Assembly (NCBI GenBank): GCA_010093815.1
Contig: ML996565.1
Direction: 5' to 3' (one strand)
Length of the DNA stretch: 64,000 nucleotides
Origin: Pseudovirgaria hyperparasitica
Lineage: Eukaryota
Part shown: positions 13,601 through 24,995 of the stretch, in pieces
How the letters are laid out: each line of letters opens with the position of its first letter
Numbering within the stretch: the stretch's first letter is position 1
Position numbers and translations under genes: made by a program
Notes under the pieces: generated by a model
The model's input: the letters and a program-made list of their open reading frames with translations, nothing else
What the model was told of the DNA's origin: nothing
Database searches by the model: none

Positions 13601-14721
13601 AGCCTATACCTGCAGCTCGCCTCCCGTCAAGTTTGCGGGGCCCAGGTACGCTACAGCCTTCATCAAGCAACCCAACAGGCTCTTACGTCTCTCCCTGGAC
13701 CGCTGGGGGCCCAGCTTCTACACATACGTCTCCGTATGGTCCTGCTCCCGCCAATCGCCCGTCATACACATCTCCATATAATCTGAACCCGGCACAGCAA
13801 AATCATACCCAAGTCCCTCCAAACGCGAGACCGCCTCCCCCGCAAGGATACAATCCACCGTCCATGACACAACGTCACAACGCTGTTTCTAATGAAGCTC
13901 CTCGAAGCTACACTCCTCCTGGACCAGCCCCTGCTCCTGCTCAGCTGGGGAACATTCGGATACCGCAGTCGCTCATGCAGAACGGTACAGCGGCAGTAGC
14001 AAACATGGGTACCAACACGCCGGCTCAAAATCCCCCAACGATGGCTCAAGCACACGCTTCTGCGTCTACGCAGGGCTCACAGCAGCCTGGAACTGCACAG
14101 GATCCTAACGTACCTTGTCCTTACTCTGTCCCTCCACCACAGCCTCAGCAACCGCCACAACATCAGCAACCTCCCAATCCTCAACAACCTCAAGTGCAAC
14201 CGCAAAGACCGCCACAGCCCACACATCAATCGCCCTACGCACAATCACCCTATACAAGCATACCACCAGCACACACCGCCACAAATGCCCAAAATATAGC
14301 AGCTCCAACGTCGCTGTCTGCCGCGACCACCACCCAAAATGTGCCAACAGACAGTCCCAAGCGCCCCGACGTCGAGCCATTGACTCCCCAGGACGGGCTC
14401 TCAAGACCAGGCACTGCACACGGCGATCGCGAGTCGATACCAACAAACGGCACGGGCATCAACCCGAGCGGCCTGAGACGCCAGCTTGAGGCCGCAGTGC
14501 AGGAGACGAAAGTCGAAGAAGCCATTACGCAGCTTGCAACTGCGGCAACAGCCGTTCTGCCAGGTCCTAAATCTGATACGTCGTCCTCACTCCCAGGCCC
14601 TGAACCCGATACGTTGTCCTCGCTCCCGGGCAAGGAATCAGAGACACGACCTGCTGTGAATGCACCAAGTAGTAATACTCCTGAAATTGTGCAGCAGGAT
14701 GTTTCCGTTGAACAGAAATAG
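10669..14721 (+). CDS. FHL1: FHA + forkhead transcription factor, Fhl1-like
   Basis: FHA motifs (AFAKLVFNDGDFYMTTYSIELGR, VSRKHAVIKYNF, LGRNGVFV), AT-hook-like GPGRPPK, forkhead motifs (KPAANYVQII...IYRSIKRKYPYY...GWESSVRHNL), Q/P-rich tail. Start uncertain (ATG 10669 or 10990). Confidence 0.8.
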   Translation: MPGNVWTEAEVEETAETSISTSTSTSILNPLYRCRKADLHTLLRASALSTPALSSSTSSPADEFSFFPSPVPVTDTPEAVSYARDKYVPFDYFTFPDDAWDAFSTGPMVEQDGNKSHSPQRAELLNGQDAQPDAAVVQVAQEEEAVDGVSQDAPALAQGEVSIAASNELAQTSSETRTIFPALDFPLFDAQGLPTSVPFPAPTLPATSRENVPSTSANDLNHHGPSANPFSNFPDISTTGQLTPLPANYEAMLQAIPDNLAPWDILSHTVDPVALGTMQNKVRSAFAKLVFNDGDFYMTTYSIELGRAHDDSSEPKRRKRRAERRDGQSCSRKRRKLRSCKSLSENGGILHDEDAWGSRDSHPNGSPTANPKDLVHPSRYEYHNMSHNASFEDGVAQVDTSHVPNPDRCVKVPIHPPKHAPFGGLHAVSRKHAVIKYNFDSGNFDIHVLGRNGVFVARPGEETVHLTPPEIKPLQHQDGVRIGAVEFRFFLPSHDDDDQLSESDLEEEMNYTFENSRGESIAPTGDGMDSEEEDAAQTNSLSYDYDESLLLDSDLQSDEEEFEPIRPEKKKRKHQPPPPPAPKLKLNLKKKAPKEEYVQKTKLSKVKKKTKRGIAEKKKKNKNKKTVVPDEEMDAAKIVASPSPKEVPKTEAIQKESDKENKDVKPSVELKEECPIISRPFSQDTAKDPTSFKAVVLQGASADTAGTTMYEDPAELEKLGLPPGTVFRRKSGPGRPPKDGVMSKREKALWAKLAKEREKAVKEGRNPEDITIESIQNAPNKAAPRPAQLSTDHVGGSANEVNGEGSSSMAPVRRLSRAEKIEEPASPPARKEDFTPEQLQKPAANYVQIIWEVLHEAEGHQLPLQSIYRSIKRKYPYYEFVAGSKGWESSVRHNLLSGDAFVKVKEGTSKSGVVWRLDLSKPIQKVARRRAATPPQQQPQHANHPPSYYPQHMAQYQMQPGQRPPVSAYPPQSQPPQQPIPAARLPSSLRGPGTLQPSSSNPTGSYVSPWTAGGPASTHTSPYGPAPANRPSYTSPYNLNPAQQNHTQVPPNARPPPPQGYNPPSMTQRHNAVSNEAPRSYTPPGPAPAPAQLGNIRIPQSLMQNGTAAVANMGTNTPAQNPPTMAQAHASASTQGSQQPGTAQDPNVPCPYSVPPPQPQQPPQHQQPPNPQQPQVQPQRPPQPTHQSPYAQSPYTSIPPAHTATNAQNIAAPTSLSAATTTQNVPTDSPKRPDVEPLTPQDGLSRPGTAHGDRESIPTNGTGINPSGLRRQLEAAVQETKVEEAITQLATAATAVLPGPKSDTSSSLPGPEPDTLSSLPGKESETRPAVNAPSSNTPEIVQQDVSVEQK

Positions 14722-15595
14722 AGGGTTATGTGCTGCTTTTGTGATCGTGTGCATTGGAGTTTATACGGTGGACCTTTTTTTTGGGAGGTGCGGAGGCGTT
14801 GGTAATGTTTGGCTGGTAATAATCATCACCTATCACAGTATGAAGTGGAGATGAGAATGTGGATGACGACGATGACGCCTACGACGACTATGATGAACGG
14901 GATGAAGCATGCGTTTGTGCGCATGCGCATGAATATAAGGTTCCACGGCGGTAGATTTGAGGGCTTTTGGTTTCAGATACACACCTGCAACGCGTCGTTG
15001 TTTGTCCTTGTGCTTGTGCAGCGCAGTGTCTTTTTCCCCAAAGCGTGTGGTTTATCAGACTAGACTTTGAAAAAGTTTATATATCGTATCATGTCATATC
15101 ATAGCATATCATAGATATATGTAGCTCACTTTGGGTATATGCATTATACTTTATGCATGTATGCATGTGCATTAATTTTGGCTGCTGTGAATCATGCATT
15201 GCGGACTGTGAGTGGCAAGAGGTGGGCGTGCGTCTGTATTCCTGGCGAGGTTCTGGTTGTGGTAGATGGTTCATATGATGGTGTATTTCTAAGTTGTATG
15301 CTACCCGTAAGATAGGACTTGTGAAAGATGTACAGCAAGAGAAGTCCCAACGCGGCCCAAGTAAAGGGAAAGGTCATGGCATGGTAGGGAGGTTGTATAG
15401 CCTGCGAGTCGATATTGGGTAACAGAAAAAAAAAGATAAAACTCCTCATACATGTGATATCGATAATTTGATACGTAGGCCGAAGAGTGCTGTTATCCGT
15501 CGAACATGCGCTGTCTCATCTGCGCCTATCTCAGCCTGCGTCTTCTCGTCATACTTCCAGGAGGCGCAACGCAACACATTATCCCCCGTCTCTCC

Positions 15596-16445
15596 CTACA
15601 TGGCCATCTCCGCTTGCAGCTTCCGCAGCTCCTCTTCCTCGTCATCCTCCTCTTGTTCGACGGGTTTGACGTGATGCGGAGCGCTCGGCAGCGCAGAAAC
15701 CTTGTCGCCGACGGGTACACTGCCGGTTTTGAGCAGGTTCTCGTCCAGTTGCTCCTGCTGCAGTTGTTCGAGCTCGTCTTCGAGTTCGTCGTCGTCGGCA
15801 ATTTGTGTGCCCATCGACTGTGTGATGGCCTCGGAGATATCCTCGCCGATTGCATGTTGTTCGCGGAGTTCTTCCCTGTTGGGTTGTTAGTAGGGGCAAT
15901 TTAGAGTGAGGAAGAAGACACGGAGAGCGGCGTACATTGTCTGGTCGACTTTGTCTTGTGTTAGGCCGTTGTGGATCTGCTTCATGGCTGCGTTGGCTTT
16001 CTTCATTGCGTCGAATGTTTCCTTGTTGATGTTTGCGTTTTCGATGCTGTATATTTGTCGCTCGAGGGTCATGATTTGCGCGGACGTTTGTTCCAGGCGT
16101 GGCTCGAGGTCTTTCTTCTTTCGAAGGGCTTCTTTCGCGGCTATAGGGTGCTATTAGCTTGCGGTCAACTTGAACATGGTGTTCATTGTGGCGATTACAA
16201 CAGGCCGTGATTTAATATTCCAGACTCATCGCCCGTGCTTTGGACCGATAGAGGTAGAACTAACCTTTCTTATTCGTGGTAACGTATTTTCGTGCCGTGG
16301 CATCATATTCTGACATTTGATTCTGCAGGTGCGTTTCTCTCTTGGACAGCATCTCCAAGTGCTTTCGCAGGTCTATTATCGCTTCCTTGGGCGCATTTTT
16401 CGCCTTCCCTCCTCCTCCGAACAGGCTGAAACCCCAGCCTGACAT
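15596..16445 (-). CDS. SNF7: ESCRT-III subunit Snf7/Vps32
   Basis: Exons 16445..16265, 16140..15936, 15875..15596 splice in frame; IYSIENANINKET, DDDELEDELEQLQQEQLD, C-terminal EEEELRKLQAEMAM. Confidence 0.95.
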
Positions 16446-17125
16446 GCTGAAAGAGATTATGTGGCTAGATTATAGAGATGATTCGTTTGGTCCCTACGAC
16501 CACAGCTGAAGATCGAGACAAATCGTGGTGAGGCGCGGTGTTGAGTCGAGGAGCAAAGCGAGTGGGGTGCTGCTGGGGGTCTTGTGATAAGGCGGGTGAG
16601 GTTCGGAAATGCTGATGGCACCGAAAAAGGATCCCAAGAGGCGAATATAGGTGTTGGGTGTGGAGGAGTACGTAGACTTGAGTGTTGGAGTGTTTATGAA
16701 AGTTGGTGCCTGTTGATGAGGTGCATAGGAGTAGTAGGTAATGTGAAGGCGGGCAATCACAGTGACTTTCGCGACCAAAGCCAGATGACGCTGAGGGGCG
16801 GCGCCGGCCACTCTAGACAAAATGCCCTCCCCCTAGGTGGCACTAAGGAGCAAGATATATATACCACCACAACTACCAATATCACCGCATGAGCGGGATA
16901 ATATGACCAACCTCAATTTGTGAACTCTGATCGAGAGAACAGCCGTGACAACCCGAAAGTTGTGAGCATCAAAGGAAAGCTTCATCACTGGCAGCCCCAG
17001 CATATACAGCTCATGACAGTTGCTCGCTCCGTAAACAGCCATCACGTAAGCGCCACCACACTGAGGTGTCTCTGATACGCATCATGCGCAAAGAACATAT
17101 CCTGTTCTAGAACACATCATGAGCC

Positions 17126-17603
17126 ATGAATACCACAGGTACTGGCTCAAGACTGATACTCTTACCCGATCTGGACCTATGTAGAGTCGGTGATAAGGTG
17201 CGGCTCCTTGGCTGGTAGGTTTGTACTACGTGCCTGGAATGCTACGAGCTCACATTGTCTGCATAGTGTCGAACATTATGATACCAAGACAGCATCTCTT
17301 GTGCTGGGCTACTCACACCAGCTACCTCATAGACGAAGACAGATCAGATATCTCGCTAACGTAGAGATCTCTCATGTCCTCGAGGATGTACGCTCCTTTG
17401 GCTTGCAAATCGGCACTTGGGTCAATGTAATCGGGTTCGTCAAAGACACGTCCGGAGAGAAAGAAATCCCAGGAATGGACATGTCGTCTTCCGGTTTGAG
17501 TGCACTTCAGAAGGGCGTACAAGCCACCATGGCGTGGGAGGCGCGAGAGGTCCGCTTAGACGACTACGAGCGTGCTGTCCGGATGAGGACTCATGCAACC
17601 TGA
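17126..17603 (+). CDS. TEN1: CST telomere-capping complex subunit Ten1 (OB fold)
   Basis: Exon 1 MNTTGTGSRLILLPDL...GDKVRLLGC, intron 17215..17266, exon 2 VEHYDTKTASLVL...GTWVNVIGFV...VQATMAW; matches the remembered fungal Ten1 pattern (KVR.LGCV, G.WVN.IG, VQA...W). Confidence 0.8.
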
Positions 17604-18708
17604 GCAGCAAACATATCATTCTAGTGATCAGTATCAAGCTCCACAGTGAGACTTTGAATCGACCCCAAACACACTAGATGGCTGGCGTACGCAGTCATCT
17701 TATTTGTCTCGCGCAAGGCCTTACCTCATCGTGGCGACCACCTTGGCTATGGTAAGAAATACTCCATTTCCAGGATACCAGCCTTAGATCAGCAGGAAGT
17801 GATTTGGCGTGTTTCAAAATGTCATGGAGAGATGCAAACGAGAGGGGTAGGACACAGTATATGAGTTCCATCATTTGTCCGTAGCTGTACGGCCTACCGC
17901 GGTGAGCGGGGAACGACTAGCATTTGCTTTCCTTCAGCGGGATGACTGGCCGCACCATGCCTACACATATCTATCATGAGCGAGGATTCTCGTCTCTCCG
18001 TTGCTGCGTTGGTATAGTCAAAGTCTGTCAAGACTGACACGGACAAACAAGGTCTGTGTATCCCATGGTCGTCTATGTCATACAGCGGCATATTTCCATG
18101 GGCATCAGAAGTAGATCGTGGATGTGCCGGATGTCTGCCGCGTGTAGAGGAAGGGGATCCTTGGCTTTCACGCGTGCGGCGTGAAGAAAGGCACGCCCAA
18201 AGGGGTAGTCAAATTGCAGAGTGGAGAATGATGACCGGGGCCCCGTGTCGGTCGATCAGTCCTTGGGATCTGCAAAACGTCTTATCTTCTCGAGTAACTA
18301 TCTTCGTTTGTAACAAAATCCAAAGCGGGATTTCTCTATCGATTGCAAAGAGTGGAGCTAAGATGCAGAACAGTCAGTAGCATTACCACGTATCGAGGAT
18401 CGCGAAAGTGCTTGAAGCGTCGTTCAAGTAACTACATCGCGTTTGCTTGATAAAGTATCGGGCTCATCCGTATTGTGGTCGCTATTCTACAAACGACTCT
18501 AGCGTGACATCGACCTGCATGAACCATCCATGAAGCCTCCGGACAGTGCCACGGATCCATACACTACAACACTACCATGGATGGTCATACGACCCTCATC
18601 TCTCGCCAACATGAAACACTCATCCATTCCGTATAAGAGGGACAAGCTCGGGCTGACTGATGAATTGATCTTATCTTCACTATAATCTTTCTCTCTGCCC
18701 GTTCGACC

Positions 18709-21083
18709 ATGAAAATCACAACAATGTTTTCACATCCGCTTTCCCAGCTCAGTCTAGATGAGACGAACCTCGCGCGCGATGTCATTGTCGCGTGCCACCC
18801 AGATGCAGTCCTCGACTTTCGGATGATATTCTTGTTAGAGCCCCCAAAAGCAGAGGTCGTCGAGTATCTCAATCTTGAGCACACCCAGAAGCTAACCCAC
18901 GATACCCGGCGACCTCAGCGTTTGGCGCAAGCCAGATATGATGTCATTGGAGAGAACAAGCTCAAAGCGCCTGAGTATCATGAATCGGTTATCGATCTGA
19001 TATCTGGGCGGAGAGTAGCTCACGAGGTCGTTGGCTCAGAGCATCATGCCAGTCTCACTCTGTAAATCAAGATCGAGCCTAATAAATACATCGAGTGACA
19101 TCTGACAGCCCAAACAGCTCGGAATTTGAAACCTTGGTCAATGTTTGTAAGAAGTCCGACTGGTTCCAGGAGAAACTGGCACAGTTCAAACTGCCGGAAG
19201 GATTCGAAGTTGTCATCGAACCGTGGCCCTATGGAGGTGGAGAGGCTCAAGATAAGCAAACGCGTTTTTTTCAAGGTCTCATATTCGCCCGAGACACACG
19301 AAGTGGAAATCCTGACACGAATTTCTACGCCTTCCCTCTTCCACTAATCCCTATCATGGATGCGCACAAGAGGGAGGTCGTGCGGATTGAAGAGCTTGCA
19401 ACGGGCGGCAAGGGTGAGCAGCTTACCGGCAAGACTCATGCTGCAAATGCAGTGGACCATTGTCGCGCCAGTGAATATGTTCCTGAGTTGCTCCCGAATG
19501 GAGTAAGGAAGGGTTTAAAGCCTCTAACTGTGCTTCAGCCTGAAGGTCCAAGTTTCACAGTTACAGACGGAAATCTCGTTCAGTGGCAGAAGTGGAGCAT
19601 GCGAGTAACTTTCAATCCCCGCGAGGGAGCAGTCATCCATGACGTTCGATTTGATGATCGCAGCATCTTGTACCGGTTGAGCATGAGTGACATGGTCAGT
19701 CCCGATATTTACTGGAAGATACTTCCACGGCATTACCCCTTACCTGGCAGCCTGGAGACGCTAATATATCCTTTAGACGGTCCCATACGCGGATCCCCGA
19801 CCTCCTTTTCACCGCAAGCAAGCATTTGATTTCGGAGACGGCGCTCTTGGCGATACCATGAACAATCTTACACTTGGGTGCGATTGCCTAGGCCTGATCA
19901 AAGTAAGTGGTACGAGAAATCTAAGCCCACAAAACCCCCCTGACACACGAAGCAGTACTTCGACGGTGTCCTTATCGACTCCAGCGGCACTGCTACACCT
20001 ACCAAAAACGTCATCTGCCTCCACGAGCAAGACTCTGGCATCAATTGGAAACACACAAACTGGCGCACAGGCCGGGCCGTGCTGTCCCGCCGCCGCGAGC
20101 TCGTCATACAGTTTATCATAACGCTCGCAAATTACGAGTATATCTTCGCCTTCAGATTCGACCAAAGCGCCGCCATCACTCTCGAATCGCGTGCCACAGG
20201 CATCGTATCGGTCGTCAACATCGACCCAGATAAAACAAGCCCCTACGGTACCGTCGTTTCGCCTGGCGTCCTCGCACAAAACCACCAACATATCTTCTGC
20301 GCCCGCATTGACCCAGCCATCGACGGCCACTCCAACACCCTTATCCAAGAAGATACACTTCCCCTTCCCATTGACGCCCGCAAAAATCCGCACGGTAACG
20401 CCTACGAAATCCGCAAAACACCCATCCCAACGAGTACACCCCTTGACGCCTGTCCCTCCACAAACCGTGTTTTCAAAATCATAAATCCGCACAAAACTAA
20501 CCCGATCAGCCGCAACCCAGTCGCATATAAATTCGCTCCGCTGCCAACACAACTCCTCCTTGCACACCCAAATAGCATCCAGGCCCACCGCGCCGCCTTC
20601 GCACAGAGACATCTCTGGCTTACCAAGTTCAAAGACGACGAGTTGTACGCCGCTGGTCGCTATACGTTGCAGAGCAGGCGCGAGATTGGCGGCGTAAGCG
20701 ATGCAGCGGCGCGTAATGATGATGTGCTTGACGCGGACCTTGTACTGTGGTGTGTGTTCGGATTGACGCATAATCCGCGTGTTGAGGACTGGCCTGTAAT
20801 GTGAGTTTCTCCAATATTTCGTTTCTGTATGTTTTTGTCGGTTTGTGTTTTTATGATGATGATGATGATGATGATGGGTGTGTGTGTGCTTGAGGCTGGG
20901 AATGTGCGTGCTAACTTGTGTGTGTCCATGGACAGGCCCGTGGAAGTCATGCAGCTGAAACTCGTGCCAGCGGATTTCTTCGTCGCAAATCCTGCCATCG
21001 ATGTCCCTGTTGTGCGGGATGTGCATTCAGTCACGATGGAGGGGTGTTGTGCGGGGGTTGAAATGATGAAGAATGGAGATTAG
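18709..21083 (+). CDS. Copper-containing (TPQ) amine oxidase
   Basis: TPQ consensus TLANYEY, Cu ligands in NHQH and THNPR, EDWPVMP; introns about 19062..19117, 19695..19776, 19903..19955 and 20801..20935 all splice in frame. Confidence 0.95.
20852..20876 (+). repeat. (ATG)n microsatellite in the last intron of the amine oxidase gene
   Basis: About eight consecutive ATG units visible. Confidence 0.9.
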
Positions 21084-21518
21084 CCTGGGTATGCTTGAAC
21101 GAGTGGTTTCGATAAAATTGCGAGAATGGCATCTTGAGCACCATCCACGCTTCATATGTCGTGAGATCTGTAGGACTCTACCGATGATCTCCCACACGAC
21201 CGTGAGTGTGAGTGTTCTATTTCCCTTCAATGTTAATTGGGCAAGTAACTCACCAACCAAAACGATCCTGGCATATATTTTCATGCAAGCTTTTCAGCTG
21301 GTCTTGCTAGAGAAGAAAGTTTCAAATTTCAGTCCGGAAAAGCACGGGTGAAAGGGGTCAAGTAACCTCTCGGTGCATAATTTCGAAGTAGACCGTAAGT
21401 AGAGGAATTACAGAAAGACTACATCATATCATGCCACATACTGGCCGCCCGACCTATCCTGACTCCATAACATATTGAGATCAAAATCATCTTCATCATC
21501 CTCTATCTCGCTAGCACC

Positions 21519-22748
21519 TCAAGCAGCTATCCTCTCACCAGCCAAAATCTTGATCTGCTCCTCAGCCGGCAACGACCACCACGCCGGCGCATCTCCCAGT
21601 CGCGTACTCGTCAACCCGGCATCCTTCCCATCCCCGGCCTTCCTCCACCCCCTCGCAACCTGCCTCTGATAGCTCACAACCCTCAACCGATAACTCTCCG
21701 CAGGCGTCAACCACAAATACAACTCCGCCAACGACCCATGAATCGCCAAAGCCAGCCACGCCGCCATCAGAAACAACGGCCGCAGCGCCGCCGCACTACT
21801 CTCCGGCCCCGTCCCCAGACTCGACACCAACACCTGCACCGCACTCGTCTTCGCCCCAGCGCCACACTCGCTATAAATCAGCCCGGCCGGGTTCTGCGCG
21901 TCCGGAATCCCCGCGTTGATCGTGTACATGCTGAAGATCTCGTCGCAGCGCAGCGCCGTCACGAGCTCGACCCCGTACACCCGCACCACATGCATGCCCG
22001 CCAGCAGCAGCAGCCGCAGACTGACAATACACGCCGCCCAGCTCCACACACGGATCATCCAGGCGCGATGCGCGTCGATCTGCAGGCGCTTGATGTTGGT
22101 AACGGCCAGGATGAGGCCGAGCGTGGTGGCGGCGCCTAGGAGGCCGAACCACACGCGCATTGCGGGCGCGCCGCCGATGCTGGTGTCCATGATCATGAAT
22201 GCCCCTGCGTTGCCGAGAAGGAGGAGGGTTGTGGCGGCGTAGCCGCTGATGCGGTGTAGCCAGAGGGCTTTGTGGCGGATGATGGGTGTGAACTGGAGGG
22301 CGGCGAGGAGGCCGCCGAAGAGCACGCCGATGAGGTGGATGGTGATGCCGATGCGGCGGTGGCCGTGGGTGTAGTGGTAGGCTTCGCCGGGGATGGCTTT
22401 CTGGGGGTTGTTAGTGTGTGTGTTTGTGATAATTGTGTATTTATGGCGGTGTGAGAGAATGACGAAAAGCAGATGGCGGATAGAAAGAAAGGAGAAAGGG
22501 AAGAGGAAAGAGGAAAGAAAAAAGGGGAGTATACATACCGCAAGGAACACGCCTCCAACATTGAGATACTCCAGTCGAGCCAGCACGAAGCCGACCAGCG
22601 CACCAACTGTTATGGTGTAGAGCACAAAGTTATACGTCTTCGTGAACCCAAAAGCACCGACGACCTTCTTGATCCCACGCTTGACCGCTGAGTCTCGCGG
22701 CAGCTTATCGTGCCCCGAATGAATGCTCTCGAAACCTCTTTCAGCCAT
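21519..22748 (-). CDS. DUF2306-like integral membrane protein
   Basis: Several hydrophobic helices with LQFTPIIRHKALWLHRISGY and QIDAHRAWMIR motifs; probable intron 22538..22401. Confidence 0.75.
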   Translation of the reverse strand: MAERGFESIHSGHDKLPRDSAVKRGIKKVVGAFGFTKTYNFVLYTITVGALVGFVLARLEYLNVGGVFLAVCILPFFLSSFLFPFSFLSIRHLLFVILSHRHKYTIITNTHTNNPQKAIPGEAYHYTHGHRRIGITIHLIGVLFGGLLAALQFTPIIRHKALWLHRISGYAATTLLLLGNAGAFMIMDTSIGGAPAMRVWFGLLGAATTLGLILAVTNIKRLQIDAHRAWMIRVWSWAACIVSLRLLLLAGMHVVRVYGVELVTALRCDEIFSMYTINAGIPDAQNPAGLIYSECGAGAKTSAVQVLVSSLGTGPESSAAALRPLFLMAAWLALAIHGSLAELYLWLTPAESYRLRVVSYQRQVARGWRKAGDGKDAGLTSTRLGDAPAWWSLPAEEQIKILAGERIAA

Positions 22749-23459
22749 CAGGTCAGAAAGTCCAAACATACACAGAGAAAAAGTCTTCGCAATTGTAAAC
22801 ACGCAAGTAGATCCAGATGCCAGAAGTTGTTATCTAGTCCCTAACCTCTCCATCCCCTCTCTTATATACTCATCCAACCCCTTGCGCCCACTCGCGAACA
22901 ACAGACACACTCATCATCCAATCCGCGCAGCAGCGCAGAATCATTCCCCATTCATGCACGCCTCAAAATCCTACCTCGTGTGGATGATGCCAGCACGGTG
23001 GAACAGCAGCACCGCATCGGCCGTAGGCCACAACTTTAAAGCGGTGAACTTGGCGCAAACATATGTTCGCGCTAGGCTTCATTGGGAAGCATTGCGCGCC
23101 GCCAGGCTGCGATTGACGGGGGCCGGAATGGATGGTGGCTGCGCCTGCTGCGACATCGTAGGAGGCTTGGCTGAAGGATTTGTGGTGTTTTACTTGGCTG
23201 CTTGTTGGCGTGAGTGCGTACGTACTACGGATGAATCAGATGCGGATCGATTATTGCACCGATTCTACTGAGAATAGATTAATAGTTGAAGTTATCTCCG
23301 TTGACCACTTTCACAGAGTACAATAGTGCCAAAAACAGAGAGACTTGCGGCGTCCGTGGATTCCGGAGCCCGAGACCGAATCCGAATCCGAATCAGGTTT
23401 CGATTGGTCAGACGCGTGGCTTAGAAATCTATGGTCTAAGGTCTAGATAATTGTATGAG

Positions 23460-24718
23460 CTATAGCTCATACACAATTTTCTGCGCTGAAATTTTCTTAT
23501 TGCGGTGCAAGTCAAAACCCTTTGGAACATCGTCCAGCCCTTTCAGCGGTAGCACTGCGTTCGGCTTCAGCTTGCTAGATGTAAGAAGGAGCGGGATGCG
23601 ATCGAATAGTTCCGCCCCAAGCTCATGGTCCTCCTTAGAGGGCTGAATACGCAAGTTAGTTGGGACCAATGATCCGTTCAACATCAATGAGACTCACCGG
23701 CCAGATAAAGGTTTTATATTTGTGCTCCTTCAAGAACACCGTCCACACCAGTACATCCGTTACCTTCACGCCCTTTGGCACCTTTTCCGTCAAGGCCTTC
23801 CCCGGCCTAACGGTGCATAATGTACCCGTTCCATCGATCGCCAGCCCAGACTGCTCGCTCGAGTCCGCAGTGCCTATTGTGTCAAACACGTAGTCTGTCT
23901 GTCCAAACGCCTTGATCTTCTCCACAGCATCAGCATCGTTGTAGTCAACAACCTCATCCGCACCAAGCGATTTAACGAGATCGAAGTTTCGCGGACTACA
24001 CGTCGTGAGAACAGTCAACCCCTCGAGCTTAGCGAGTTGAATAGCATATTGTCCAACACTGCTACTTCCACCCCACACCAGCACCCGCACCGCCTCGCCT
24101 TTCCGCCCCGGTACCTTCCCCTGCATCTCGCCCTCCAACACTCTCGGAATGCCAAGACTCTGTGAACTGAACAAAGCGAGCCATGCCGTGGCTGCAGCAA
24201 GTGGTATCGTTGCTGCCTCGGCCTTTCCAACACCGGCGGGGATCTTGAAGCAGATTCGTTCGTCGGCGATGGTGTAGTGCGAGTAGGCACCGAGGCCGGG
24301 GATTTCACCGCCCCAGATGAGTGCGCTGATGGTGTCGCCCTCGGAGACGCGAGTTACGGCGCTGCCGGTGGAGATGACATCGCCGACAAAGTCGCAGCCG
24401 TAGACGGCGCCAGGGCCGAGGGCTCCGTTGTCGTACGATTGGACTGGAGGTTGTTAGAATGACTGGTGATGTTGTCTGAGAGACATGGATTTGGTGGATG
24501 TGAAGATATGGAATGAATTTGAGGAGTATTATAATAGACGAGTCTTCAATACAGGACGATAGTCAGTGTGAATACATACCGTCAGTAGGATTTTGAGCGA
24601 CGTGACTGATCTTTACTAATACTTGGTGATGGCCTAACGAGGGAAGGTCAAGTTCCTCTTGCTTAAGAGACACAGGATCTGTATAGGCAACGAGTGCCAG
24701 GTTCTTCGTTGTAGACAT
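23460..24718 (-). CDS. Medium-chain dehydrogenase/reductase, enoyl-reductase-like (ToxD/YLR460C type)
   Basis: VAQNPTD, GCDFVG, VLVWGGSSSVGQYAIQLAK, CSPRNFDLVKSLGAD; introns 24579..24444 and 23697..23643. Confidence 0.9.
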
Positions 24719-24995
24719 ATTGTAAAATGGGCTAGATGTGTATTATCGAAGGTTTAGTTTGGAAGTAACTTGAAAAAGAGATACTTCTGATGGCTGACTT
24801 GCGGCTCCACCAAATATCCAAGTATGAGGTCATCAGTGCGGGTATAGATCCGATCCGTTGCCGAGATCGGACTAACGGCGATCATTTCTTAGGCAGAATG
24901 CGGACTTCTATCTCAATGACATCCGTGTTGATTGACAAGGTGAAATCGTGAATTGATCAGGAATCACAGCGGGCAGGTGAATTTTCGCTGCAGTC

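Noticed and set aside
19809..21083. 405-aa minus-strand ORF with poly-His and an 84-aa poly-Met ORF
   Set aside because: The first is antisense to the amine oxidase; the His and Met runs come from the intronic (ATG)n microsatellite
23460..24718. The MDR gene as a trans-acting enoyl reductase for SwnK
   Set aside because: It lies 28 kb away, and SwnK has no DH domain to generate an enoyl substrate
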